DNA of 64,000 bases from an uncultured Chloroflexia bacterium (GCA_963765765.1 CAVXYC010000020.1:736001-800000), one strand, 5' to 3'; numbered from the stretch's first letter, positions 52,626-63,063 are shown. Notes: generated from the sequence alone by a model not told the origin. Made by a program: numbers and translations.

Positions 52626-53597
52626 ATGACCTCGGACACCGGCATCTTCGATGCTCACACGCACCTGCTCCTGACCGGACCTCCCCACTACCCGCTCGCG
52701 ATGCGCGATACCGACACGCTACTGGAGCAGCAGCGGTCGTTCAATATCTCCCGCTCTATCGTCTACAGCCCGATGGAGATCCAGCGAGCCTTCAGGGCCA
52801 GCGAAGATCCCAGCACGTTTACCGGCCGATACAACCAGTTCATCTCGAAAGTTCAAGAGCAACATCCCGACGAGGTACTCGGTGTCGGAATCGTCTACCC
52901 CTTCGAGGGTGAGAAGAGTGCTCGCGAAGCGGAGCGAGTTATCCGTGAGCTGGGTCTCCGGGGAGTCATGGTCAATCCGTTCATGCGCGGCGCCTGGCTA
53001 GATCAGGATGAGCGCGCCGAGCCGCTTCTGGCCGCTGTGGAAGAGCTGGGCGTTCCTCTCATCCTTCATCCAGAAGAAGATCTGGAAAGGGCGGCCGCCC
53101 AGGCGATCAATAGACAGCTCCGATATGCGGAGGGACTGGTTCTCTGGCGAACGTGGGCTACCACCCTGGTGCTGTACGGGTTCGCCGTAGGCCCCCTCCT
53201 TCACCGATTCCCCACACTCAAGCTGATTTTTGCCCATGGTGGGGGCGCTTTCTGGCCGAGTGCCGCCCGCATTGATGTGCTGTTTCAGAACCTGATCCCC
53301 AACGACGACCCCATAGTGGAAGGTCAGTGGGAGGGTGGTGATCCCAATATGTCGCCGCTCGAATGGCTGCGATCGCATGAGGTCTACTTTGACGCGGCCT
53401 GGTTTGATGAATCCGCACTTCGTGGCGCTATTGAGCGGTTCGGCGCCGATCGGTTCCTGTTCGGAACGGATGGAAGCGCGCACGGCCACTCGATTGGCTT
53501 CTTCTGCGATCAGCTCACCAACCTGGGATTGAGTCAGAGAGATCTGCGCCTGGTCCAGTGGGGCAACACGAACCGGCTCTTCGGACTCGAAGGTTGA
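52626..53597 (+). CDS. Amidohydrolase family 2 protein (ACMSD-like)
   Basis: IFDAHTH, LILHP, FAHGGG, FLFGTD. Confidence 0.85.
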   Translation: MTSDTGIFDAHTHLLLTGPPHYPLAMRDTDTLLEQQRSFNISRSIVYSPMEIQRAFRASEDPSTFTGRYNQFISKVQEQHPDEVLGVGIVYPFEGEKSAREAERVIRELGLRGVMVNPFMRGAWLDQDERAEPLLAAVEELGVPLILHPEEDLERAAAQAINRQLRYAEGLVLWRTWATTLVLYGFAVGPLLHRFPTLKLIFAHGGGAFWPSAARIDVLFQNLIPNDDPIVEGQWEGGDPNMSPLEWLRSHEVYFDAAWFDESALRGAIERFGADRFLFGTDGSAHGHSIGFFCDQLTNLGLSQRDLRLVQWGNTNRLFGLEG

Positions 53598-53634
53598 ATC
53601 GCTGCATAACCGTCCAGCCGGCGCATTAGCGCGT

Positions 53635-53739
53635 ACTTTGGACTGTGGCGGTCTTCGCCGCTTTCTCGCGAGGCTGGAAGCCGACATCCGTGTCGCTCCG
53701 CTCGGTGGGAAAGCGGCGAAGACCGCCGCAGTCCAAAGT
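53635..53739. repeat. Palindromic repeat family A
   Basis: ACTTTGGACTGTGGCGGTCTTCGCCGCTTT ... AAAGCGGCGAAGACCGCCGCAGTCCAAAGT. Confidence 0.88.
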
Positions 53740-53756
53740 CCCAGTTACGTGATACG

Positions 53757-55088
53757 TTAAATCGTCTGCACCGCCCGATCGAACGCGTCGATCACGTGCT
53801 CGATGTCGTCGTCCGTGTGGGACAGAGACGTGAAGCCGCCGGTCCGCATCAGATCAACACCTTCCACCAGCATCGCCTTGCGGACCGCGGCAGCCGGTCC
53901 GCGCGCGCCAATGAGCTTGGCCGCGTCCGACTCTGCTACAGCCTCCACCATGCCTTCGCCGAGTAGTACCTGGAAGACAGAGCACTCGCCCACCACCGTG
54001 CCGGGGACCCCGCGCTTCTCGAGCACGTCGCTCAGTCCCTCACGCAGGCGCTGCCCAGTGCGATTTGCCACCTTGTGCGGCTCGCCAGTTGCCACGATCT
54101 GCAGTGTTGCGACCGCGGCCGCGGCACCCACCGGATTTGCGTTGAAGGTGCCCTGATGGAGCACTCGTTCGCGCCGATCTCTGGCGGCATCACCGCTGTA
54201 TTCGAGCGGTGCCATCAAGTCGGTTCGTCCAACGATGGCTCCACCCGGCTGGCCGCCAGCGACGATCTTCGCCAGCGTCGTCATATCTGGCGTAATGCCG
54301 TAATACTCCTGCGCGCCGCCCGGTGCATAACGGAACCCCGTGATGACCTCGTCAAAAATAAGCGGCACACTACGTTCCCGAGTGAGGTCGCGAAGTGCCT
54401 GAAGGAACTCCCGGTTCGTTGGCACGGTGCCGTTGCTTCCCCCGGCTGGCTCCAGGATCACCGCCGCAACGTCGTCATTGTTGTCCAACAGGTCACGCAC
54501 TGAACCAATGTCATTCGGCCGGGCAATCAACATCGTGGACGGGACGACTGCCGGAATCCCGGCGGAGCTGGGCACATCGAATGGTGGCTGATATCCCACC
54601 AGGGCGTAGTCATGCCATCCGTGGAAATGCCCCTGGAAGCGGATGATTTTCTCCTTGCCCGTGGCGGCACGTACAAGGCGGATCGCGAGCATGGTGGCCT
54701 CGGTGCCGCTCATGGCGAAGCGCACTTTTTCCGCTGAAGGAATGAGCTGCTTCACGAGCTCAGCCCATTGAACCTCTAGCTCGTGGCAGGCCCCGTGGTG
54801 TGTACCACGGCCAAGCTGTTGTGCCATGGCTTCCACTACGGCCGGATGGCTGTGTCCCAGCAACATCGCGCCGTGACCCATCCAGTGGTCGATCAGCTCG
54901 TTGCCGTCGACGTCCCATTTCCGCGCGCCCTCGGCTCTATCGATATAGATTGGAAATGGCGTGAAGTTGCGCGCGTCATGGGTAATGCCCGCGGCTATCG
55001 TCTGGCGGGCGCGTTGAGATAGCTCGGCCGATTTCGCGAACTTCTCACGATAGACTTGATCGATGTTGGGCTGCTGATCGATTGCCAT
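53757..55088 (-). CDS. Class-III PLP aminotransferase (glutamate-1-semialdehyde aminomutase-like)
   Basis: WDVDGNE.ID, SGTEA, FHGWHD, LIFDEVITGFR, PDMTTLAKIVAGG, GTFNANP. Confidence 0.9.
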   Translation of the reverse strand: MAIDQQPNIDQVYREKFAKSAELSQRARQTIAAGITHDARNFTPFPIYIDRAEGARKWDVDGNELIDHWMGHGAMLLGHSHPAVVEAMAQQLGRGTHHGACHELEVQWAELVKQLIPSAEKVRFAMSGTEATMLAIRLVRAATGKEKIIRFQGHFHGWHDYALVGYQPPFDVPSSAGIPAVVPSTMLIARPNDIGSVRDLLDNNDDVAAVILEPAGGSNGTVPTNREFLQALRDLTRERSVPLIFDEVITGFRYAPGGAQEYYGITPDMTTLAKIVAGGQPGGAIVGRTDLMAPLEYSGDAARDRRERVLHQGTFNANPVGAAAAVATLQIVATGEPHKVANRTGQRLREGLSDVLEKRGVPGTVVGECSVFQVLLGEGMVEAVAESDAAKLIGARGPAAAVRKAMLVEGVDLMRTGGFTSLSHTDDDIEHVIDAFDRAVQTI

Positions 55089-55121
55089 GGCGTTCTCCAC
55101 GCGGCCGTGGGGCGCCACGAC

Positions 55122-55943
55122 CTATTCGAGTGTCAGTATCTCAGGCCCGTGCTCGGTGATGGCAATGGTGTGCTCAAAGTGTGCGGAGAGTCGGCCGTCC
55201 AGCGTGACAGCCGTCCACTGGTCCTCTAGCACGCGCACCTCCGGGCCGCCAAGGTTCACCTGAGGCTCAATGGCCAGGCACATGCCGGGTTTCAGCGTAA
55301 CGCCCTTGCCGGGTTGACCGTAATGCGGGACCTGCGGCGGCTCATGCATCTTCCGCCCCACACCGTGACCCACAAATACACGCACAACCGACATATTGTT
55401 CGCTTCAACGTGCTTCTGGATTGCGTGACCAATATCGCTGAGCCGATTGCCCGGCTTTGCTTGCTCGATTCCACGCATCAATGCGTCGTATGTAACGGTC
55501 AGCAGCTTTTGCGCTTCCTGGGTACCCTCACCGACGATGAAAGACGTGGCCGTATCGGCGACGTAGCCATTGCGCTTCGCGGCGATGTCCACTTTTACCA
55601 CGTCGCCCTGCTTGATCTTTCGGGGCCCAGGGATGCCGTGGACTACCTGCTGGTTCACAGAAACGCAGATGTGGCCGGGAAAACCGAAATAACCCTTCGC
55701 CGTGGAGACCGCGCCACCTTTGCTGAACTCATCGGCAGCAATTCGGTCGAGGTCTGCCGTCGTCATCCCGGCTTGTGTGGCCTCTTGAAGAAGCCGACGC
55801 GTGCGCGCAACGACTTTCCCCGCCTCCCGCATGATCGCAATCTCGCGCGGAGATTTGAGGATGATAGTATTGCTTTCAACTGGCTTCAGCGCGCACACAT
55901 TGCCCTCAGACACACTGTTGGCCCGCATCTGGCGGGCCTTCAT
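55122..55943 (-). CDS. map: Type I methionine aminopeptidase
   Basis: CVSVN.QVVHGIP, GHGVGRKMHEPP, AIEP, SAHFEHTIAIT. Confidence 0.95.
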   Translation of the reverse strand: MKARQMRANSVSEGNVCALKPVESNTIILKSPREIAIMREAGKVVARTRRLLQEATQAGMTTADLDRIAADEFSKGGAVSTAKGYFGFPGHICVSVNQQVVHGIPGPRKIKQGDVVKVDIAAKRNGYVADTATSFIVGEGTQEAQKLLTVTYDALMRGIEQAKPGNRLSDIGHAIQKHVEANNMSVVRVFVGHGVGRKMHEPPQVPHYGQPGKGVTLKPGMCLAIEPQVNLGGPEVRVLEDQWTAVTLDGRLSAHFEHTIAITEHGPEILTLE

Positions 55944-55970
55944 TTGGCACTATAACACGACCACTTCGAC

Positions 55971-56555
55971 ATGGCCTACACCGTAGGACTCACCGGAAAC
56001 ATCGCCTGTGGCAAGAGTACTGTGGGTCGCATGCTCGTGGAGCTCGGTGCCGATTATGTCGACACCGATGCCATAGTCCACGATCTACTCGCGCACGCTA
56101 CGCCCCAGGCTCAACAGATCATCGAGCGATTCGGACCCGCAGTAGCGGCGCCGAACAGCGGAATAGCTCGCGCGGCACTCGGAGCCATCGTTTTTTCCGA
56201 CTCAGCGAAGCTCCGTGAGCTCGAGCGCATCCTTCACCCACGCGTCGAGGAGATCGTTCACGAGCGCATCAAGGCTACGAGCGCGCCCGTCATCGTGATC
56301 GATGGCGTGAAGATCTTCGAATCTGGACTTTCGGACGAGCTGGACGAGCTCTGGGTCGTGGTGTGCTCAAAGAGCGCTCAACGCACACGCCTGGCGCGTG
56401 ATCGCGGCATGGCTGCCGCCGACATCGAAACTCGACTCAATTCGCAACCGCCATTGGAAGCCAAGCTTTCGAAAGCGCGCGTTGTCATCGACAACAGTGG
56501 CGAGCTGGCAGAAACGCGTCGAGCGGTGGAATCGGCCTTGCGTCGCGTGCTTTAG
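55971..56555 (+). CDS. coaE: Dephospho-CoA kinase
   Basis: VGLTGNIACGKSTV, LGAIVF, LERILHP, VIDNSG. Confidence 0.93.
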   Translation: MAYTVGLTGNIACGKSTVGRMLVELGADYVDTDAIVHDLLAHATPQAQQIIERFGPAVAAPNSGIARAALGAIVFSDSAKLRELERILHPRVEEIVHERIKATSAPVIVIDGVKIFESGLSDELDELWVVVCSKSAQRTRLARDRGMAAADIETRLNSQPPLEAKLSKARVVIDNSGELAETRRAVESALRRVL

Positions 56556-56649
56556 AAATACCCCAAGTTCAATAGCCGACATGGCACAATGCGTGCAACG
56601 AGACGCGCCGATGTCCGCGCAGAGCTCTTCACGCGAAACGGTCGGGAAC

Positions 56650-57864
56650 ATGATTTCATCAGCGGTGGCGGTTGATCAACACGACGGATTCCGTATCGTG
56701 CGCTTGAAAGGGAACGCCTACGAGCGCGGCTACCAGCACGGAGCAGCCCTTAAAGACAACGTGCGGTATTTCTGTGACGCGTTTTACCGAGACCTATTGT
56801 TTGCTCGGAACCGATACCTGGGGATGAGTCTAAGCTGCATTTTTCTCTCGCTAGCATTGCGGATGGAGCGATTCATACCGCGGGAGCTGCGTGATGAGAT
56901 GCGTGGTGTCGCCGATGGAGCCGGTGTCAGTTATCGCGATATCCTCGTCTTGAATTCATTTGACGACGCGATACATGGAATCAGCAAGCTGGCCGGAATC
57001 ATGACCTGGGTGCAGAAGTTCCGGGGCAGCTTCGCTTGCAGCAGTTTCGTGCGGCTGGACGAATCCGGGCCAATCCACGGACGCAACCTCGACTACATGG
57101 TGGCCGACTCCGCGGTTGATCCGGACGGAATCGTCACGCGAGTTCTCAGAGAAAATGTTGTGCTTTTCATCCATGAGCCGGATCGTGGCTGCTCATTCGC
57201 CTCGGTCGCCTGGCCCGGTTATGTTGGCGTCGTCACGGGCATGAACGTCGCCGGCATCTCGCTTGCCTGCCATACATCCTGGACTCTGGGGGAGACAATC
57301 CACGGGGTACCTCTTCCCCTGCTTTACCGCCACGTCATGCAGTATTCGTCATCTCTCTTGGACGCGGAGCTTCGGTTACGCCGCGCGCGCAAGACCATTG
57401 GCAACAATCTCTCACTTGCCTCAGGTCCAGAACGCGACGCGAGAGCGCTGGAGCTCACTCCGGGACAAGTGGCGACCTGGGCTCCGCGCGATGGTACCCT
57501 GGCCGTTACGAATCATTTCCAGGACCCGGCCCTCGGTGAGCCCCAGGAGCGCGCCGGCTGGCGCTTCCCAAATTCGACGTCTCGATTAGAGCGGCTCCAT
57601 GAGCTTCTTCCAAGCGCTCCATCGACACTCGACGCGGCACAAGCGATTCTCATGGACACCACGCCGGTGCGCGCGGATCTCGGAGAGTGGGACTGCCTGG
57701 CCAACCCGGGAACGATCTACAGTACCGTCTTCGATCCTGTGAATCTCCAGATAAGTCTGCGGGTATACGACCGCCCAGATCGCGAGTTCAAGATCATCGA
57801 TCTCGCAGATCGCCGGGGCCGCGGCTCTAGCAGCGTAACGCCGCGGCATGTTTTGACGGCGTGA
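56650..57864 (+). CDS. C45-family Ntn-hydrolase (autoproteolytic acyltransferase/amidase)
   Basis: YERGYQHG, EMRGVADG, ACSSF (nucleophile Cys), HGRNLD, TGMNVAGI, VTNHF. Confidence 0.85.
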   Translation: MISSAVAVDQHDGFRIVRLKGNAYERGYQHGAALKDNVRYFCDAFYRDLLFARNRYLGMSLSCIFLSLALRMERFIPRELRDEMRGVADGAGVSYRDILVLNSFDDAIHGISKLAGIMTWVQKFRGSFACSSFVRLDESGPIHGRNLDYMVADSAVDPDGIVTRVLRENVVLFIHEPDRGCSFASVAWPGYVGVVTGMNVAGISLACHTSWTLGETIHGVPLPLLYRHVMQYSSSLLDAELRLRRARKTIGNNLSLASGPERDARALELTPGQVATWAPRDGTLAVTNHFQDPALGEPQERAGWRFPNSTSRLERLHELLPSAPSTLDAAQAILMDTTPVRADLGEWDCLANPGTIYSTVFDPVNLQISLRVYDRPDREFKIIDLADRRGRGSSSVTPRHVLTA

Positions 57865-57942
57865 CGCCCTCACACCGTGCACCGTTGGCCCACGGTGCTG
57901 GTACAATGCCGCCCAACTTAGCCACATCGGGGAACCACCAGC

Positions 57943-58683
57943 GTGGGCAAAGCTATTCTCCATATCCACAGCACGTTTAGCGACGGCGATCCTACCGTTG
58001 CGCAAATCCTCGATGAGGTTGAGCACAACAGCGATATCGATATCGTAGGGATCACCGATCATGACGATGTCCGATCGTATGCGGCTGCTCTGGACTGGAA
58101 GGCGAGCCATCCGGACAGCCGAATTCAGCCGCTCTTCGGCATTGAGCTCACTACCTGGGCCTTCAAGCACATCCTCATCTATATCTTCCAGCCACCGTTC
58201 CCCACACGAGCCTTCAAGAAGTTCATGCCGCTGGGAAAAGCTGTCCAGGCTGGCAAGGCCGCCGGAGGGCTCGTCGTCGTCCCGCACGTCGATGCGTTCT
58301 GGGTAGGCATGGGCCGCCACCGCCTGGAGCGACAGTTCCAGCAGCTCGGTGTCGATGGCATTGAGCTCCTGACACCCGTCCCGCTCGCACGAGGCGCTGT
58401 GGACAAGCTTGCTGAGATGAACGGGCGGTGCCGTCTCATCGAGCTCGGGGGCAGCGACGCTCACCATCTCGAGGATCTGTATCGCGTGATCGTCGAGTTC
58501 CCGGGCCAGACGCTTGCCGATTTCGAGATGGCCATCAGATCAGGCACGACTTCGGTGCGGTGGGGCACGGACGGACCAAAGATTCCCATGTCTCGGCAGG
58601 TGCGCCAGCACACGAAGGCCCTGGTAGTCCACCCGTGGGAGCAGCTCCAGCACTGGAGCCAGGATAAGCTTTCGAAGACTTAG
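57943..58683 (+). CDS. PHP-domain phosphoesterase
   Basis: LHIHSTFSDG, ITDHD, GIE, VVPH, GGSDAH. Confidence 0.9.
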   Translation: MGKAILHIHSTFSDGDPTVAQILDEVEHNSDIDIVGITDHDDVRSYAAALDWKASHPDSRIQPLFGIELTTWAFKHILIYIFQPPFPTRAFKKFMPLGKAVQAGKAAGGLVVVPHVDAFWVGMGRHRLERQFQQLGVDGIELLTPVPLARGAVDKLAEMNGRCRLIELGGSDAHHLEDLYRVIVEFPGQTLADFEMAIRSGTTSVRWGTDGPKIPMSRQVRQHTKALVVHPWEQLQHWSQDKLSKT

Positions 58684-58711
58684 CCTCTCACGAAATTCCC
58701 CGGCGGCCAAC

Positions 58712-58817
58712 GTAGCGCAGTGGGTCTTGTGCCCTGCTGTGCCGCGATGTCCTTGTTTGGACATATAGTACAGCGCGATGACTCCGCGGTGCGAGGGGCA
58801 CAAGACCACCGCGCTAC
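58712..58817. repeat. Free-standing copy of the GTAG-REP palindrome nested at 40655-40762
   Basis: GTAGCGCAGTGGGTCTTGTGCCC ... GGGGCACAAGACCACCGCGCTAC; shared internal GCGCGA(T/C)GACTCC. Confidence 0.85.
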
Positions 58818-58917
58818 CGAATCGTTCCAAGTTCTCGTTCGTTCCTGGCGCCGATCTATCCCTGAAGGAATCATCTCTAGAGGGCTACCTCCATACGAGC
58901 GGGTTACCTGGATCGGC

Positions 58918-60920
58918 CTACCTTGTCCAGACCTCATACGGGCCGATCTGGGAGGTGAGCGAAAACTCCGAGCGGAGAAATGCACGTAGCTCCGGGTAAT
59001 CCGTCTGACGCAGCCACAGGAACTCAAACACCGGCTCGAGAACCACGAGTCTGACATCACGCTCGTCGAGAACGCGAATTGCTTCGTGCTCCTGCTCGAT
59101 AGAAGCGAGCCCAGGCAAGAAATGGTTGTACTTCGTCGCATTCGGTCGATCGGCCAGGTAGTAAAGCATCGGCGCCGCGGGAAAGACGAATATCGGCTCA
59201 CCGTCACCCGTCCGCGCGCGCACAGTCTCGGTCACGGCGTCCAGCGGTAGGGCAGCGTATGGCCGCGCCAACACGCCGGCTCTCGGGTTTTCGACAGGCA
59301 CGTAGGTCTGCGGATCGATCTGGCCGAAATCATTCTGGGGTACGACGAGCACGCTCCAGCGCCAGTTCGTAACTGGAAAGAGCGAGAGCAAGGGAACGAT
59401 TGTCAGCGCCGCCGTGAGTGCAATTGTCGCGGCCGCGCGTCGCGGCCCAGTAATCCCAACAAGCACGCGCGACTCCGTTCGCCAGAAAAACCAGGCCAGC
59501 GCAGCCATCATCGGTGGCGCCGAGAAGGTAAGATGCGGCTCGTCCATCCGGGGGTACTGGTGAAAATACATAGTGCTCCCGAATGTGAGCAGCCATGCCA
59601 CGATGAGTTCATGTCCGGGTGTCACCCACCCGCTCACACACGCCAGAACCACCAGTCCAGCCGCTACGGACCGGAAGAAGCTGATTCAAATTTTCCGTAA
59701 GAAGTAGCCCGGACGTCGTCACAGAGCTAGCGGGCGTTTGGCCCGGCACCTGTGACAACCAGGCTCCCATCGCCACGATCAGGATTCCGCCAAGTACCCA
59801 GGCTATTGACCGCGCAATCCGACGGTTAGCGAAGTCCCAGCAGGCGCCCACCATGAAGGGTCCGGCGGACAACACGGCGAGCCCTTCCGGATGCGGCCAC
59901 CACTGATCAAGGATGTATCCGCACGGGATCCACCCCACCCAGGAACTGCTTGAGCGGGACCTCGCGCGAGAGATCTCGAGAATCAGTGCCAGCAGCCACG
60001 GAATGGTGACCAGTGAAAACCCCAGGCACACGGCCCCCGCACACACGATCGCTCGGCCGATCGAATCGCGATCTAGCGAGGCGCGACGATAGAGCCAGAA
60101 ATTGAGCACCAGGACCGGCACTACGAACTCAAGCCAGTACTCGACCTGTGGCCGCAGCCACAGGGCAACCATCAGCGCAAGGGGCAGTACGAACACGGCT
60201 GCGATGGCCGGTAGGCGGAGCATCGAGGTAGGAAATACGCGATCCAGATTTGCCATCCATCCCGCGACAGACCGCGGTAACGCGCTGGGAATCGGGCAAG
60301 CCAAGCACGTAAACGTGAGCATCGCGAGAAGCGCCAGCAGCCCCGTGTTCTGCTTGAATGCGAATCCCAATCCGGCGAGGGAGCCGGCCGCGAGGAGCCA
60401 ATTCAACTTCCGCGAGTCGAGATATCTCAGCATGGCCAGCGCCGCCGCCGTGGCGGATGCCGCGGCATACCAGGAGGGATGCGTTTGCCACGGTACCGGC
60501 GCAGGGTCGAGCAGCAAAAATGTCACCGGCGCCAGTAGGGCGTATCGGGCTGGCGCCAGGCGCCGAGCCAGGAGATACAGCAGCCCCGCGCCCACGATGC
60601 GCGCAACGATGACGCCTACACGCTGCCAGACCAAGCTGTAGCCAAAGACCTTAAAGATCAGCGCATGCAGGTAGAAAAACGCCAGGCGTGTAGGGGGTGG
60701 CGAAATCGCGGTACGGATGATCCCCAACGGCAACTCGACTTGCGAGGTAAGCAAAGTAGCCTTCCTCGAATGTGTCGATCCAGTAACGCGCTGCCCAAAG
60801 GTAAACGGCCCCCACTGTCGCCAGTACGAACAGAACGAGCCCGGCCTCCCGCGCGGAGATCGACCAGATTGCTCGGCTCGGTCGTGTCTTGGCGGAAGCC
60901 ACGGTCGTCACGGTGTGCAC
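58918..60920 (-). CDS. GT-C (ArnT/PMT-like) polytopic membrane glycosyltransferase (several frameshifts)
   Basis: EEGY..GDHPYRDFATPYTP, multiple TMs, GLGFAFKQNTG, IFVFP..PMLYYLADR. Confidence 0.75.
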
Positions 60921-61277
60921 GACGGCGGAGTGTACCTGAGGGGCGGCCTGGAACGGCAATCGCTTCAGAGACCCGAAGTACAACGCGAGGTCATAAAACA
61001 CAGTCCTCTCCACTGTGCCCTGGCAATGGCCCGAACGCATCTAAAGATACGGCGGGCTGGTGTGACGTCGGGGTCGGCCACCGACCGGGCGACGCTTCCG
61101 GTCGGCCGCACTGCACAGCGAGCCAGGCGAGAAATTCTGGACGCTCCGCCCGAGGGAAAGCACCGAAGTCGGTTGTTAGGCTTAGCCCGTGGGAATGAGA
61201 TTCACGGGCCCGAACGCCTCTGGTGATAGCCCGTGCAAACGCCTACGTTTTTCGCGGGTCATTCACTTGGAGCACCA

Positions 61278-62093
61278 ATGATTGCCCTGGAGCAGAAACC
61301 GTCCGATCCGGCACTAGCACCGGGAATCGACATTCTCGGCGTGAGCGTTCGGTTCGGAACCGGTACCGATTCTGTACTCGCCCTCGATAATTGCACGGTG
61401 AACATTCGCCGTGGCGAGCGAGCTGCGCTCCTTGGCCCATCCGGCTGCGGTAAATCCACGCTGTTGCGCGTCGTCGCCGATCTGCTGCCAGCGACATCTG
61501 GCTCGCTGACCGTGCACGGTCGTACCGCCGCCGAGGTCCGGCGAGATCGCGCGTACATGCTTGTGGCACAGAGCTCCACGCTGCTGCCCTGGCGCACTCT
61601 GCAGGCAAATGTCGAGCTCGCAGGAGAAATCGCGGGCGTCCCGAAGAAGGACCGCAAACAGCGCGCTCAGGCAGTAATCAATCTCGTGGGTCTCCAGGGA
61701 TTTGAGGCCCGTTTCCCGCAGCAGCTATCCGGCGGCATGCGTCAGCGCGGCGCCATCGCTCGGGCCCTATCCATGAGCCCGGATCTTCTGCTACTGGACG
61801 AGCCTTTCGGTGCGCTGGATGAGATCACCAGGGAGCGGCTGAACTTCGAACTCATGCAGGTCATCGCCGCAACGCAAGCCACCATGATTCTGGTTACGCA
61901 CAGCATCGCCGAGGCCATCATCCTGTCCGAAACCGTGCACGTGATGTCGCCAAGGCCGGGCCGAATCATCGAATCCGTGGACGTTACCTTTCCATTCCCG
62001 CGCAATCCAGGAATTCGCGACACGACCGAGTTTCACGAAATCGAACGTCGTCTCCGAGCGGACCTGGCCGCGGGAGTCGCGAGACACAGTTAG
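61278..62093 (+). CDS. ABC transporter ATP-binding protein (NitT/TauT family)
   Basis: GPSGCGKST, LLPWRT, LSGGMRQR, LLDEPFGALD. Confidence 0.92.
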   Translation: MIALEQKPSDPALAPGIDILGVSVRFGTGTDSVLALDNCTVNIRRGERAALLGPSGCGKSTLLRVVADLLPATSGSLTVHGRTAAEVRRDRAYMLVAQSSTLLPWRTLQANVELAGEIAGVPKKDRKQRAQAVINLVGLQGFEARFPQQLSGGMRQRGAIARALSMSPDLLLLDEPFGALDEITRERLNFELMQVIAATQATMILVTHSIAEAIILSETVHVMSPRPGRIIESVDVTFPFPRNPGIRDTTEFHEIERRLRADLAAGVARHS

Positions 62094-62138
62094 TCCGCAC
62101 CCATTCAGCGAGTCCCCGACGAAGGAGTTTCCTAACGG

Positions 62139-62996
62139 ATGTCCATAAGCCTGCTCAATAGAACTATTACGTTGCCAGCACCGACGGCTGCCAACGCGGC
62201 GCCCATCGGCGCATATGCGCGGAAGTGGGGAATGTCGCTGTGGATGCTCCTGCCAGCTATCGCCGTGTTCCTGGCGATTCTGGCCACGTGGCAGACATTG
62301 AGCGTCAATGGTGTGATCAAGGCGTTCATCCTGCCCGCGCCGATGGCGATCCTCACCGCGATGGTGAACGTGCATCCAGTCATCCTGGACCACGCGCGGA
62401 TTACGGTGTTGGAAGCATTGTTGGCGTTCACCATCGGAAACTCAATGGCGGTGCTCCTGGCAATCCTCTTCGTCCACAACGCCACCGCGGAGCGCAGCCT
62501 TTACCCGCTCGCTCTCGTCGCTCGCAGCATCCCGGTGGTGGCGATTACACCAGCACTCGTGTTGTGGCTGGGGAACGGGATGGAGCCCAAAATCGTGATC
62601 GGCTCGTTCCTCGTCTTCTTCCCAACGCTGGTCAACATGGTCCGCGGCCTCCGTTCAGTCGATCGCGACGTTATGGAGCTTTTGCACAGCCTATCCGCGA
62701 ATCGCCTCCAGATCCTCTGGAAGGTCAGGCTTCCAGCTGCGCTTCCGTTCTTATTCTCCGCATTGCGCATCGCTGCCAGCACCTGCTTCATCGCGGCCAT
62801 CGTGGCGGAATGGATCGGATCGGATCGCGGCGTCGGCTACCTCATTGTCATTTACGGCACGCAATTCAAGATTCCAGAAATGTGGGCGTCCGTCTTCGTT
62901 TGCTCAGCCATGGCCATCTTGAGCTTCTCTACCGTGTGCCTGGCTGAGCGCCTTGCCATGCCGTGGGCCAAGTTCAACGAATCACCGGCAACTTGA
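62139..62996 (+). CDS. ABC transporter permease (NitT/TauT family)
   Basis: ILPAP, SIPVVAITP, FFPTLVN..GL, LPAALP, IVAEW. Confidence 0.92.
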   Translation: MSISLLNRTITLPAPTAANAAPIGAYARKWGMSLWMLLPAIAVFLAILATWQTLSVNGVIKAFILPAPMAILTAMVNVHPVILDHARITVLEALLAFTIGNSMAVLLAILFVHNATAERSLYPLALVARSIPVVAITPALVLWLGNGMEPKIVIGSFLVFFPTLVNMVRGLRSVDRDVMELLHSLSANRLQILWKVRLPAALPFLFSALRIAASTCFIAAIVAEWIGSDRGVGYLIVIYGTQFKIPEMWASVFVCSAMAILSFSTVCLAERLAMPWAKFNESPAT

Positions 62997-63063
62997 CCCT
63001 GAGCTAGCTACCTTCGCGACTCCGAAACGACTCCATGTACCCATCACGGAAAGGCACCACTGG

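Noticed and set aside
61050-61270. Riboswitch upstream of the ABC importer
   Set aside because: GC-rich hairpins are present, but I recognised no TPP, ZTP, SAM or cobalamin consensus
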